Part shown: positions 1 to 9,539 of the stretch, one piece after another
Layout of the letters: each line of letters opens with the position of its first letter
Position numbering within the stretch: position 1 is the stretch's first letter
Position numbers and translations under genes: made by a program
Notes under the pieces: generated by a model
Told to the model about the DNA's origin: nothing
Database searches by the model: none
The model's input: only the letters and a program-made list of their open reading frames with translations
DNA from: Bacteroidota bacterium
Lineage (GTDB): Bacteria > Bacteroidota > Ignavibacteria > Kryptoniales > JAKASW01
Length of the DNA stretch: 64,000 nucleotides
NCBI GenBank assembly: GCA_021825585.1
Contig: JAKAGT010000016.1
Span: 33,617-97,616 of the forward strand
Direction: 5' to 3'

Positions 1-9
1 TTTCGACAT

Positions 10-582
10 TTATTCCTCCTGTTTTGGTTCGTCAGCAATCGGTTTTGCGTTTGCGGTCCTCACAATCCAGTAGACAACCGCTGCCACGGCAATCGCTACT
101 GTGACAATAACCTCGGTTTTTCCTATGCCGGCAAACGAGCCGATCACCTTACTGAAAAAATAACCAAGAAACCCATAAGAAACAGCCCAAATCAGCGACG
201 CAAAAATATTATATGCTGAAAATTTCAGCGGGGGCATTTTACCCAGGCCGCACATCACAACGAGTGCAGTCCTAAGCCCGTAAATATATCTCGAGAAGAG
301 TACGATATAGCTTCCGTGTCTCTTTACCAGTTGTTCGGCCCTGGGGAGAACAGATGCGATATACTTGAACTTCTTTACGAAGGTAAGGCCTTCCTGGCGG
401 GCAAATTGGAAGAAAATCTGATCGCCGACGGTGGAACCCAGAAATGCAGACAGCATGGAAAGCTCAAGGTTGAGGTAGCCCTGGTGGGCCAGAATTCCTG
501 CTATTATCAGAACGGTCTCACCCTCGAAGAGCGTTATTGCAAATATAAGCAGGTAGCCGTACTCTCGTAGCAGAGTTTCCAT
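10..582 (-). CDS. DedA family inner-membrane protein
   Basis: 190-aa multi-TM ORF with a DedA/SNARE-associated pattern (LFEGETVLIIAG..., STVGDQ). Its stop abuts the SD+ATG (9..7) of a further minus-strand gene that leaves the window. Confidence 0.85.
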   Translation of the reverse strand: METLLREYGYLLIFAITLFEGETVLIIAGILAHQGYLNLELSMLSAFLGSTVGDQIFFQFARQEGLTFVKKFKYIASVLPRAEQLVKRHGSYIVLFSRYIYGLRTALVVMCGLGKMPPLKFSAYNIFASLIWAVSYGFLGYFFSKVIGSFAGIGKTEVIVTVAIAVAAVVYWIVRTANAKPIADEPKQEE

Positions 583-986
583 CAGTAGCCAGCTTTTCGA
601 ATTTCCCGATCCGTCATTCCAAAGTAATGTGCCACTTCGTGGATCAGGACTTCCCTTATCTTTGTCTCAATTTCCCCGTCATCTTTGCAGAGCCGCTCGA
701 TGTTTTGCTTGAAGAGTTTTATTCGATCGGGTACGACAGGATAGAGCCCGTAGTCGGGTCCGCGGTGGTTGAGAGGAACCCCCGAATATAGGCCGAGAAG
801 CGAGTATGGATTCTTTATTCGAGCATTCATCATGTCTAAAGTGTCCGGGAGATCGTCCACGACGATATGAACATTGTCGATTCTCGACTTGAATTCAGGA
901 GGAAGCTCTTCAAACGCCTTTTCGACCAGGCTCTCAAATGTGTCCCTGTCCATTAACCAAGTCCAGAACTTTGTGATCCTGTTCAT
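582..986 (-). CDS. small zinc metallopeptidase family protein (HExxH)
   Basis: 134-aa ORF with a C-terminal HEVAHYFG motif typical of the small zincin-like family. The true start may be the internal Met near 953, because the ORF overlaps the dapF 3' end. Confidence 0.7.
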   Translation of the reverse strand: MNRITKFWTWLMDRDTFESLVEKAFEELPPEFKSRIDNVHIVVDDLPDTLDMMNARIKNPYSLLGLYSGVPLNHRGPDYGLYPVVPDRIKLFKQNIERLCKDDGEIETKIREVLIHEVAHYFGMTDREIRKAGY

Positions 987-1809
987 TATACAAAATTTTA
1001 CCCTGGAAGACTACTCTTGCGCTTCCTTCCAAAACAATATTTGAATACCTGTTGCTGCTCGTGTCGAACGATACTTTCAGTATCTCTCCTCCCGTCGTCA
1101 GGATGCTGACCGGAGACTGCGCATTGTACCTGATCGAGGATGCTATCGCGCTTGCGACAGCGCCCGTTCCGCATGCGAGCGTCTCGTTCTCGACACCGCG
1201 CTCATAAGTCCTCATCCTGATCTTGTTATCGACGATTTTTTCGATGAGGTTCACATTAGTGCCCTTCGGAAAGACCTCGAAATTGTACCTGACCTTTCGC
1301 GCCAAAGTCAGGAGGTCTGCGGAGTCGACCTTGTCGAAACCGCTGCCGCTCGTCAGGACAACATGGTCGGTGTTCGGATGTACATAGGTCGCCTCCAGAA
1401 CCTGCGCACCTAATGGTATTTTCATGTACGGAATTACCCTGTCAGGATCCGGTAAATGAAGCCTGACATTTCTGTCGTTAAAGACTTCTGCGGCATAGGA
1501 GGCGCCGTGGGCTGTGAAGCGCATAGTCGGCTTGCAAATTCCGTTCAGTACGGCGAAACGGGCTATACACCTCCCGCCGTTCCCGCACATGCCCCCCTCG
1601 CTTCCGTCGGAATTGAGATACAACATCTCGAAATCGGCTTCACGGCTATTCTGCAGGACAAGGAGCCCGTCAGCGCCTATTCCGAACCCTCTTGCACAGA
1701 CGGCCTCTGCGAATGCGGGAAAATCTATTTTCAGCCCCCCGTCGAAATTGTTCAGGACGACGAAGTCGTTGCCTGCGCCGTTCATTTTAGTGAAACTTAT
1801 CTGCATCAT
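934..1809 (-). CDS. dapF: diaminopimelate epimerase
   Basis: 291 aa. N-terminal FTKMNGAGNDFVV and two catalytic-Cys regions (GNGGRC, LACGTGA) are characteristic of DapF. Confidence 0.9.
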   Translation of the reverse strand: MMQISFTKMNGAGNDFVVLNNFDGGLKIDFPAFAEAVCARGFGIGADGLLVLQNSREADFEMLYLNSDGSEGGMCGNGGRCIARFAVLNGICKPTMRFTAHGASYAAEVFNDRNVRLHLPDPDRVIPYMKIPLGAQVLEATYVHPNTDHVVLTSGSGFDKVDSADLLTLARKVRYNFEVFPKGTNVNLIEKIVDNKIRMRTYERGVENETLACGTGAVASAIASSIRYNAQSPVSILTTGGEILKVSFDTSSNRYSNIVLEGSARVVFQGKILYNEQDHKVLDLVNGQGHI

Positions 1810-1996
1810 GATGTTTGTCCTTCTTTTCGCCCTGGTTCTTCCGGTTCCCTGTTTCGAACGAACGGCTGTCCGTCAAGAAAATATCTGCCGCCTGCCGATC
1901 TGAAAACCGGCACCGCTGCGAAGTCAGGGAGCCGACCGGGATATCGTTGCGGATGCATCGTGGCTGCTCAGCGGACCGGTTGTTTTGCCGCCGGCT

Positions 1997-2608
1997 TTAA
2001 TCCCGGCCGATGGAAGTGAGAATCCCGTGAAGCAGATCGACTCTTTGATTGAGTTCCGAAAGAGAGCCGTCGTTTGAAATCACGAAGTCGGCGAGCTTCT
2101 CCTTCTCGGTTTGCGGGATTTGCGTGGCAAGCCGCTTCAGAACTTCCTCCCTGCTGATTCCCAGTTTTTCCGCCGCCCGGTGGATGGACGTATCCTTCTT
2201 CGCCTTTACAAGGATAATGTAATCGAAGTCTTCTGTGAGTTCGGCTTCATAGAGCAGAGGAACTTCCATTATGACGTAGCGGCTGTCCTTGAATGCGGAT
2301 GCCTGTTCCGTGATTGTCTTCATTATCGCCGGATGGAGTATTCCTTCAAGTGCCGCCCTCTTCGATTCATCGGCAAAGACAATTTGTCCGAGCACGCGCC
2401 TGCTGATCTTCCCGTCGACGACGACTTCGTTTCCGAAAGTCGAGAGGATTTTCTTCCGGACATTCGTGTCGGACTCGAGGAGCTCATGACCGACTTTGTC
2501 GGCATCAAAGGTAGGGACGCCAAGCCGCGAGAAGGCCTTCGCCGCTGTCGACTTGCCGCTTCCGATGTTGCCCGTCAGTCCGACTATCAGCGGTAAACGT
2601 CCGCTCAA
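1997..2608 (-). CDS. coaE: dephospho-CoA kinase
   Basis: 203 aa with P-loop GLTGNIGSGKST at the N-terminus and CoaE-like length and layout. Confidence 0.9.
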   Translation of the reverse strand: MSGRLPLIVGLTGNIGSGKSTAAKAFSRLGVPTFDADKVGHELLESDTNVRKKILSTFGNEVVVDGKISRRVLGQIVFADESKRAALEGILHPAIMKTITEQASAFKDSRYVIMEVPLLYEAELTEDFDYIILVKAKKDTSIHRAAEKLGISREEVLKRLATQIPQTEKEKLADFVISNDGSLSELNQRVDLLHGILTSIGRD

Positions 2609-2665
2609 AGGAAGACTCCGCTGCCGGTGATACTCATGGTTGATTCCACCCTCGGACCGTGCACG

Positions 2666-4219
2666 CTATTTTGCATACGAAATGCTGCGGACTTCCCTGA
2701 TTACCATTACCTTGATCTGTCCGGGATATTCCATCTGCTCCTGGATTTTCTGAGAGATCTCATGGGCAAGCTGATCGGCAAACAGATCGTTAACCTTTTC
2801 AGGTTCGACGATAACGCGGACTTCGCGTCCTGCCTGGATAGCGTAAGTCTTCCCAACGCCGGAGAAGGAGTTTGCGATGCTTTCCAGCTTCTCGAGGCGC
2901 TTTATGTATCCTTCGAGCGATTCGCGTCTCGCGCCCGGCCGCGCACCGCTAATTGAATCGGCTGCCTGTACCAGCGGGGCAATCGGTGTTTCCATCTCAA
3001 TATCTTCGTGATGCGATCCGATCGCATTGGCCACCGTGGGATTTTCGCCGTACTTCTTTGCCAGCTCGTAGCCCAATAACGCGTGGGGGCCCTCGACGTT
3101 TTTGTCGACCACTTTCCCTAGATCATGGAACAACCCGGCGCGCTTCGCCAGGGTGGAATCCAGACCAAGCTCAATTGCCATCAAGCCGCTGAGGAATGCC
3201 ACTTCGATGCTGTGTTGGAGCACGTTCTGTCCGTAGCTCGAACGGTAGCGCATCTTTCCCAGGAGTTTTACGATTTCCGGATGGACCCCGTGTATTCCGA
3301 CCTCGAGGAGTGCGTCTTCGCCGATCTGTACAATCTCTTCTTCGAGTTCAGCGCGGACTTTCTCGATCACCTCTTCAATCTTGGTCGGATGGATTCTCCC
3401 GTCGGAAATCAGCCGCTCCAGGGCGATCTTCGCAATTTCACGGCGAAACGGATCGAAGCCGGATATTACAACGGCGTCAGGGGTATCGTCTACGATTATA
3501 TCGCAACCGGACACCGCCTCAAAAGAGCGGATGTTTCGTCCCTCGCGTCCTATAATCCGCCCCTTCATTTCCTCGTTCGGAAGGCTGACGACGCTGACGG
3601 TCGTTTCGACCGAGTGATCTGCCGCAGTACGCTGGATTGCCTGAACAATGATTTTCTGGGCTTCTTTCTTGGCGTCTGTGCGTGCCTTCTCACGTATCTC
3701 TCTGATTTCCAGGGCAGACTCAGACTTTGCCTCGTTTATCAGATTCTCCGTAAGGAGCTTCTTTGCCTCTTCACGTGACACCCCGGCAAGCTTCTCGAGC
3801 TTTTCAGTCTGAAAGCCCACGAGCCGATCCGCTTCCTGCTCCTTTAACTGAATGTTCTTCAGTTTCTCCCGTGTTTCAGTTTCAAGGGTCCTGATCGATT
3901 TTTCCTGCTGCCTCAGGGAGTCTGCACGACGGTCCAGATTCTCTTCCTTGGCGGTTAACTGTCTTTCAATGTTCTGTATCTTTTTCTGCTTCGAGTTATA
4001 ATCGTTATCTAGTTCCTGTCTCTTCTTTATCCATTCATCTTTTACTTCAATGAGTTTCTCTTTCTTCATCGCATTTGCTTCTCGTTCTGCCGCTTCAAGA
4101 ATCTCTTTGGAACGAGCCTCCACGCTCCCGAGTTTTTTCTTCGTCAGTGCGTCCTGAACGAACCATCCTATGAGGAATGCCGCAACAGCACAAACTGCAG
4201 CGACCGCGACTGTGACCAT
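2666..4219 (-). CDS. rny: ribonuclease Y
   Basis: 517 aa with an N-terminal TM helix, long coiled coil, KH domain (GRIIGREGRNIRSFE) and HD domain (GLFHDLGK). Confidence 0.95.
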   Translation of the reverse strand: MVTVAVAAVCAVAAFLIGWFVQDALTKKKLGSVEARSKEILEAAEREANAMKKEKLIEVKDEWIKKRQELDNDYNSKQKKIQNIERQLTAKEENLDRRADSLRQQEKSIRTLETETREKLKNIQLKEQEADRLVGFQTEKLEKLAGVSREEAKKLLTENLINEAKSESALEIREIREKARTDAKKEAQKIIVQAIQRTAADHSVETTVSVVSLPNEEMKGRIIGREGRNIRSFEAVSGCDIIVDDTPDAVVISGFDPFRREIAKIALERLISDGRIHPTKIEEVIEKVRAELEEEIVQIGEDALLEVGIHGVHPEIVKLLGKMRYRSSYGQNVLQHSIEVAFLSGLMAIELGLDSTLAKRAGLFHDLGKVVDKNVEGPHALLGYELAKKYGENPTVANAIGSHHEDIEMETPIAPLVQAADSISGARPGARRESLEGYIKRLEKLESIANSFSGVGKTYAIQAGREVRVIVEPEKVNDLFADQLAHEISQKIQEQMEYPGQIKVMVIREVRSISYAK

Positions 4220-4242
4220 TTAGGACCTCCAGGTTTATATAC

Positions 4243-4480
4243 AAAAAAGCCGTAACGCGCACGTGGAAGATAGGAAAGAACCCCATCTTGACACGGTGGG
4301 TGCCCTCCTGAACGACTCACGCTTCCGCCGCAACCTTCTCGCGAGAGAGACTCCCGCAGAGAACTTGACTGGTTGTCCTGCCGAAGCGGGATGCGGCCTG
4401 CTTTTGTCGTCCACGAGCCGGGCTCCCATTATTATTTACTTAGCAGTTCTTTCACGCGTGACCACGGCGCCGTTACGGCC
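4243..4480 (-). ncRNA. ssrS: candidate 6S RNA (SsrS-like) or structured rny leader
   Basis: About 238 nt between the zapA stop and the rny SD. It folds by eye into one long irregular hairpin. Closing stem GGCCGTAACGGCGCCGTGG / CCACGTGCGCGTTACGGC is followed by T6. Nested pairs are GAAAGAAC/GTTCTTTC, TGGGAGCCC/GGGCACCCA, GGACGAC/GTCGTTC and GCCGCA/TGCGGC. A central bubble is formed by AU-rich TGCTAAGTAAATAATAA opposite CCGTGTCAAGATGGG. Position downstream of zapA matches the E. coli zapA-ssrS arrangement. Confidence 0.55.
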
Positions 4481-4508
4481 TAAGACTTAACGAAAATTTT
4501 AAAAGAAC

Positions 4509-4820
4509 TTAGTTCGCTTCTTCGATCGGAAAACTCTCTCTCAAGTAGCTCAATACGCCGACCAGATCAGCGATATCGATGCCTTCATTCTGCACGTGCT
4601 CCTTAAGGTCGAAAAGTTGTTCGGCTATATTTAGAGCTGCAATTACCGCGATGGTCGACGTCGGTGCGCCAGGGTTTTTCTCAATCAGGTCATTCAATAA
4701 AGAATCTACATAGGCGACTACTTTGAGCGCTTTTTCTTCGTTTTCCACACGGAGCGGGTATTCCCTACCCAGGATGGTGACTCGTATGCTCTTCTTTTCC
4801 ATCATCAGCTCCGCCGTCAA
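4509..4820 (-). CDS. zapA: cell division protein ZapA
   Basis: 103 aa with a ZapA-like N-terminus (VTILGREYPLRV) and helical C-terminus, in the conserved position after pheT. Confidence 0.8.
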   Translation of the reverse strand: MTAELMMEKKSIRVTILGREYPLRVENEEKALKVVAYVDSLLNDLIEKNPGAPTSTIAVIAALNIAEQLFDLKEHVQNEGIDIADLVGVLSYLRESFPIEEAN

Positions 4821-5140
4821 AAGAGACTAAGTTGCTTGTCAATTCGCGCGATCAGGTCCCTTGCGATGTCAACCAGCCGGATTCTCTCTTTCTCCTCGAA
4901 CCCGCTGGATGAGGCAGTCTCCCTCGCCGTCAGCATCTTCTCCAGGTCAGATATCTGAAGCTTCAGCCTTTCGATCTCGGCCGCTGACCTTGCGAGGTTC
5001 AGCTTAAGGGACTCGTTTTCGCTCCGAACGGAATTGATAACATCGACTGCTCGTCTGATTTCGTTCCACAACTCCCCAAGGAGCTGCTTCTTCATAGATA
5101 ATGCTGTCTGCTCGTCAGATTGACTTGTGTCGATGCCCAT
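4817..5140 (-). CDS. coiled-coil protein, possible ZapA-associated division factor
   Basis: 107-aa ORF, almost entirely heptad-like helix (LKLNLARSAAEIERLKLQISDLEKML). It is translationally coupled to zapA by a 4-nt overlap. The function is only inferred from context. Confidence 0.5.
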   Translation of the reverse strand: MGIDTSQSDEQTALSMKKQLLGELWNEIRRAVDVINSVRSENESLKLNLARSAAEIERLKLQISDLEKMLTARETASSSGFEEKERIRLVDIARDLIARIDKQLSLF

Positions 5141-7563
5141 CAGTTTTTCTGTTTTCGCAACGCGGCGGAGAACTCCTTCGCCAGCTTGCTCTCCGCATTC
5201 TCAATGAATCCGGCAATATCGCCATCATTCAGCGTCCGCTCATCGCTGCCGAGAATCACGCTGAATGCAACGCTTGTCTTTCCTTCAGGTATTCCACTCC
5301 CTGAATAAATATCGAAAACGGAAATGTCACGGAACAAATTTCCCGCGAGAGATTTGAGAGAATTCATCAGGCTCCCTACGGGTGTATTCGAATCAACGAT
5401 GAAAGCAAGGTCGAATGATGCGAACGGGAACTTCGGAAGGGGGCGGAACTTGTCGGTTTTCTTCCTTGCTGCGAGAATCTCTGCCAGACTCAACTCGGCA
5501 AACTGTACGCTCTGCCTGATGGAGAACTGACCGAGCGCTTCGTCACTCACCTGGCCAAAAATGCCAACTTCACTCCCGTTCATAAACAGCTTTAACGCAT
5601 GTTTGTATTCTTTTGTACTATCATAAGGAATAAAGTCCCAATTGTCAAGATTAAGGTGCCTCAGGAGGCGTTCAACCTCTGATTTGAGGTCGAAAATGTC
5701 GAATTCTGCGCCGCTTCTGTCGAAAGAAATCGGGTCCGCAGCACCCGTAAGGAGAATCGAGAGCATTTCGTTCTCTGCGAAACTCGCACCGTCCGAACCA
5801 CTGTTCGTTGAGTATATCCTGCCCATCTCAAACAGCTTAAGATCCTTGAGGCCGTAAGACAGGTTCAGTTTTACGACCTGAAGGGCGCCGGGGAGGAGGG
5901 AAGTCCTCATAGCCGCCATGTCTTCACTTATAGGGTTCGCAATCCGGACGAAGTTCTCTTTGTGGTATCCCGCGACTTCTGTCTGCTGCAGTGAATTCGT
6001 CACCATCTCGTTGAACCCTGACCCGGCCAGATAAGCTTTCAGGTCATCCAGGACTCCTGTCCCCGTAAAACGCGTGTCGAAGACCAGCCTTGTCTGATGC
6101 TGCTCCTCTATCTTCTCGTAACCGAAAAGCCTGCCGACCTCTTCAATCAAATCCACTTCGCGTTCCAGGTCGCCTCGGAATGTCGGCGCGAAACAGACGA
6201 AACCGGTTTCGGATTTCTTCTCGCAATGGATTTCAATCGACTCGAGGAGCCTTCTCATCTCTCCCGATGCCAGCCTCGTTCCCAGAAGCCGGTTAGCCTG
6301 GTCGACATGCAGCTCAATCTTTCTCGGTGCGAATTTCGCCGCCGCGACGTCAATAACTCCCTGCGCTACCGTGCCCCCGCCTGTCTGTACGATTATTTCC
6401 GTGACCCTGTCGAGCGCGGTGAGAGTCAGATTAGGATCCACTCCTCTTTCAAATCTGTAGGATGCCTCAGTAGAGAGGCCGAGTCTCTTCGATGTCCGAC
6501 GCACTGAAGATGGCGAGAAGTTTGCGCTCTCTATAAGGATGTCAGCCGTCGCGGGGTTAATCTCGCTGTTGGCACCTCCCATAACGCCGGCTATCGCAAT
6601 TGCGCTTTCCTTGTCGCATATCATCAGCATTTCGCGGCCGAGCTCTCTCTCCTTGCCGTCGAGAGTCGCGAATTTCGCCTCGCTCTCCAGCGGTTTACGG
6701 ACCACAATTTTGTGGCCGGCGATCAGATTTAAATCGAATGCGTGGAGCGGCTGTCCCAGCTCCAGCATGACAAAGTTTGTCGCGTCGACCACGTTGTTTA
6801 TCGAGCGCATCCCGGCTTTCTCTACCGCAACCTTGAGCCATTTCGGCGACCGGCCGATTTTTATTCCCTTCACGACACGGGCCGAATATCGCGGGCAGAG
6901 CTCAGGCTCGGACACCTCGACTTTTGCGAGCTTTCCGATCTGCTCGCCGGTTTCATGGAGAATGGGCTTCCTGGAGCTCAACTTTCTTGAAAACGCTGCG
7001 GAAAGCTCACGGGCGATTCCCAGGTGTGAGAGGCAGTCCGCCCTGTTGGGAGTCAGGCTTACCTCGAAAATCGTGTCGTCCAGTCCAAGATACTCGGCCA
7101 GCGGTTTTCCTGTCGGTGCGTCATCATCGAAAACCATGATGCCGCTCTTGTCGTCGCCGAGGGCAAGCTCATATTCCGAGCATATCATCCCTTCGGATTC
7201 AATTCCGCGGATCTTCGCGCGTGTGAGCTGGAACGGTTTCCCGTCGGGGTCATGCTGGTCGTGGGGCACGAGCGCGCCGACGAGTCCGACCGGGACCTTC
7301 TGGCCTGCCGCTACGTTTGGCGCCCCGCAGATGATGCTCTTGATTTCACCGGCTATGTCGACCTGGCACAATCTCAGCTTGTCCGCATTCGGATGCTTGA
7401 CCACCTCCATGACGCTGCCGACAACGAACCCGTTGTACTTTTCCGACAGATTCTCATAAGACTCCACCTCTACGCCCACCATTGTAAGGCGCGTGGCGAT
7501 ATCTTCGTCGGAAATACCGTTCAGGTCGACAAGCTGCTCAATCCACTTTCGAGATATTTTCAT
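5140..7563 (-). CDS. pheT: phenylalanine--tRNA ligase beta subunit
   Basis: 807 aa with the tRNA-binding, B3/4, B5 and FDX-ACB domain order typical of PheT, directly downstream of pheS. Confidence 0.95.
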   Translation of the reverse strand: MKISRKWIEQLVDLNGISDEDIATRLTMVGVEVESYENLSEKYNGFVVGSVMEVVKHPNADKLRLCQVDIAGEIKSIICGAPNVAAGQKVPVGLVGALVPHDQHDPDGKPFQLTRAKIRGIESEGMICSEYELALGDDKSGIMVFDDDAPTGKPLAEYLGLDDTIFEVSLTPNRADCLSHLGIARELSAAFSRKLSSRKPILHETGEQIGKLAKVEVSEPELCPRYSARVVKGIKIGRSPKWLKVAVEKAGMRSINNVVDATNFVMLELGQPLHAFDLNLIAGHKIVVRKPLESEAKFATLDGKERELGREMLMICDKESAIAIAGVMGGANSEINPATADILIESANFSPSSVRRTSKRLGLSTEASYRFERGVDPNLTLTALDRVTEIIVQTGGGTVAQGVIDVAAAKFAPRKIELHVDQANRLLGTRLASGEMRRLLESIEIHCEKKSETGFVCFAPTFRGDLEREVDLIEEVGRLFGYEKIEEQHQTRLVFDTRFTGTGVLDDLKAYLAGSGFNEMVTNSLQQTEVAGYHKENFVRIANPISEDMAAMRTSLLPGALQVVKLNLSYGLKDLKLFEMGRIYSTNSGSDGASFAENEMLSILLTGAADPISFDRSGAEFDIFDLKSEVERLLRHLNLDNWDFIPYDSTKEYKHALKLFMNGSEVGIFGQVSDEALGQFSIRQSVQFAELSLAEILAARKKTDKFRPLPKFPFASFDLAFIVDSNTPVGSLMNSLKSLAGNLFRDISVFDIYSGSGIPEGKTSVAFSVILGSDERTLNDGDIAGFIENAESKLAKEFSAALRKQKN

Positions 7564-7569
7564 CTTTAT

Positions 7570-8616
7570 TCAAAATTGATTAAGAAATCGGACATCATTA
7601 TCGAAGAAGAGTCGGATGTCGTCAATGCCGTATTTGAGGAGCGTGATTCTCTCGATGCCCATTCCGAACGCGTATCCGCTGACTTCCTTCTCGTCGTAGC
7701 CGACGAATTTGAACACGTTCGGATCGACCATCCCGCAGCCCATTATTTCGAGCCAGCCGGTGTGCTTGCAAATCCGGCACCCTTTGCCGCTGCAAATGAA
7801 GCAGTTCACGTCCACTTCTGCGCTCGGTTCGGTGAAAGGGAAGAAGCTCGGGCGGAATCGAAGCCTTACGCCCGAACCAAAAAGCTCCCTGGCGAAATAA
7901 GTGATTGTCCCCTTCAGTTCGGCGAGGCTGACATTCTTGTCGACGTAAAGGCCTTCAACCTGGTGAAACAGGCAATAGCTTCTCGAACTGATGGCCTCGT
8001 TCCGGTACACTCTTCCGGGCATTATCACCCGGACGGGCGGCTTATTGTTCTCCATTACCCTGATTTGAACACCCGAGGTATGTGTCCTTAGCACATACTT
8101 GCCGGTTCCATTTCCCTCTTTCGCGGGCGGATACTTGACGAAGAACGTGTCCTGCATGTCGCGGGCAGGGTGATCGGGGGGAAAATTCAGCGCTTCAAAA
8201 TTGTGGTAGTCATCTTCGATTTCCGGTCCATCAGCTATCCCGAATCCGATGCCGGTGAATATTCTCTTTATCTCCTCGGCCGTCTGGGTGAGAGGATGTT
8301 TTCTGCCGATGTATCGCTTTCTGCCCGGAACCGAAAGATCGATCCTGCTGAGTTCCAGTTTCTTTTCGGATTCTGCACTTTGCCGTGCCGACTCGAAATC
8401 CGATTCGAGCTGCGTGCGAACTTCGTTCAGCAGTTTGCCAACTGCGGGCTTTTCTTCCTTCGGGATTTGTTTCATCTCCTCGAACAGCTGGGCGAGCGAC
8501 CCCTTTCTGGATAGAAACTTCAGTCTGAAGTTTTCGACGTCGTCTGGAGTCTTGATGCGGGCTAAAGAAGCGGTCGCTTCTTCTTTCAACTTCTCAATTT
8601 CCTCAAGCATTCCCAT
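7570..8616 (-). CDS. pheS: phenylalanine--tRNA ligase alpha subunit
   Basis: 348 aa with class II aaRS motifs (HPARDMQDTFF, GRVYRNE, GMGIERI). Confidence 0.95.
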   Translation of the reverse strand: MGMLEEIEKLKEEATASLARIKTPDDVENFRLKFLSRKGSLAQLFEEMKQIPKEEKPAVGKLLNEVRTQLESDFESARQSAESEKKLELSRIDLSVPGRKRYIGRKHPLTQTAEEIKRIFTGIGFGIADGPEIEDDYHNFEALNFPPDHPARDMQDTFFVKYPPAKEGNGTGKYVLRTHTSGVQIRVMENNKPPVRVIMPGRVYRNEAISSRSYCLFHQVEGLYVDKNVSLAELKGTITYFARELFGSGVRLRFRPSFFPFTEPSAEVDVNCFICSGKGCRICKHTGWLEIMGCGMVDPNVFKFVGYDEKEVSGYAFGMGIERITLLKYGIDDIRLFFDNDVRFLNQF

Positions 8617-8709
8617 CTCGTAAAACCCTTACATGAGAGGCAGGATGCTTAGAAGCGGAACTTCCGGCCTCTCTCCGTTTTTCCGGTCGAATTCTGAAAT
8701 GTCCGGATA

Positions 8710-8811
8710 TAAAAAATCTTCCTGCGTTGCAGTCTGTCGGAGTCTTATGCGCGTTCGGCGCAGGAGACCGGACTTCCCGAAGGGGTCCTTCGGACTGAAC
8801 GTAGGAAGATT
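8710..8811 (-). terminator. large compound hairpin plus U-tract after rplT
   Basis: On the minus strand AATCTTCCTACG (8811..8800) pairs with CGCAGGAAGAT (8727..8716) and is followed by T6. An inner CCGAAGG-ACC-CCTTCGG hairpin is present. Confidence 0.45.
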
Positions 8812-8814
8812 GTA

Positions 8815-9162
8815 TTAATTAAGAGCGAACTGAACAACCTGCTTGAACGTCTCCGGATTGTTCGCAGCAAGATCGGCCAATACTTTCCTGTTTATCGAGA
8901 CTTCTTTCTTGGCGAGTGCGGCAATCAGACGGGAATAGGAGGTCCCGTTCAGGTGGGCCGCGGCGTTAATACGCACAATCCAGAGGCTGCGGAATTCGCG
9001 TTTCTTTTTCCGGCGATCCCTGTATGCGTGTTGGAGGGCCTTCTCGACATGGTGCTTTGCAATTGTGTGTACCTTGCTTCGTGCTCCCCAGTAGCCCTTT
9101 GCCAGTTCCAGAGTCTTTTTGCGTCTTCTATGAGATGCTACCTTATTTCTTGCTCTTGGCAT
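8815..9162 (-). CDS. rplT: 50S ribosomal protein L20
   Basis: 115 aa, [16 protein letters not shown]...; canonical L20. Confidence 0.95.
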   Translation of the reverse strand: MPRARNKVASHRRRKKTLELAKGYWGARSKVHTIAKHHVEKALQHAYRDRRKKKREFRSLWIVRINAAAHLNGTSYSRLIAALAKKEVSINRKVLADLAANNPETFKQVVQFALN

Positions 9163-9343
9163 TTTATATTTTCTCCATTAACGATTTAAATATAACAACA
9201 TCGGGCAAAATAGTCATCCCGAGCCCTGTTTTTTTCAACGCCAACGTTATTCGGCCTCCTCTGACGGAAAACATGCAAATGCAACATTCTTACCTCGCAA
9301 ATAGCCGCTCTTGCGCCGTTTGCAGTTGAATCAGGCACGAGAG

Positions 9344-9538
9344 TTATTCGTTCAGCATTCCGCGGACGCGATTCGTGTCCGTCTTATCCAGAACAGCTCC
9401 CTTTCTCAGTTGTCGTTTCCGCTTCTGTGTCTTTGACGTCAAAATGTGGCTTCTGAAAGCCTTCTCTCGCAGGTATTTACCGGTCGCAGTTCTCTTTATT
9501 CTCTTGGCCATCGCACGGTTTGTCTTTGTCTTCGGCAT
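9344..9538 (-). CDS. rpmI: 50S ribosomal protein L35
   Basis: 64 aa, [21 protein letters not shown]...; canonical L35, start coupled to the infC stop. Confidence 0.95.
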   Translation of the reverse strand: MPKTKTNRAMAKRIKRTATGKYLREKAFRSHILTSKTQKRKRQLRKGAVLDKTDTNRVRGMLNE

Positions 9539-9539
9539 T

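Noticed and set aside
1-9. Start of another minus-strand gene (ATG at 9..7 after AGGAGG).
   Set aside because: Only three codons are inside the window, so it cannot be identified.
6539-7459. Long ORFs antisense to, or out of frame with, strong genes. Examples: 6539-7459 and 7252-8091 in pheT/pheS, 10484-11404 in thrS, 38177-39145 and 41156-41947 around the 1192-aa gene, 3125-3778 in rny, and 15268-15843 in relA.
   Set aside because: They lie entirely within confidently identified genes on the other strand or frame. They have Arg/Ser/Pro-rich low-complexity translations and no recognisable motifs. These are typical shadow ORFs.
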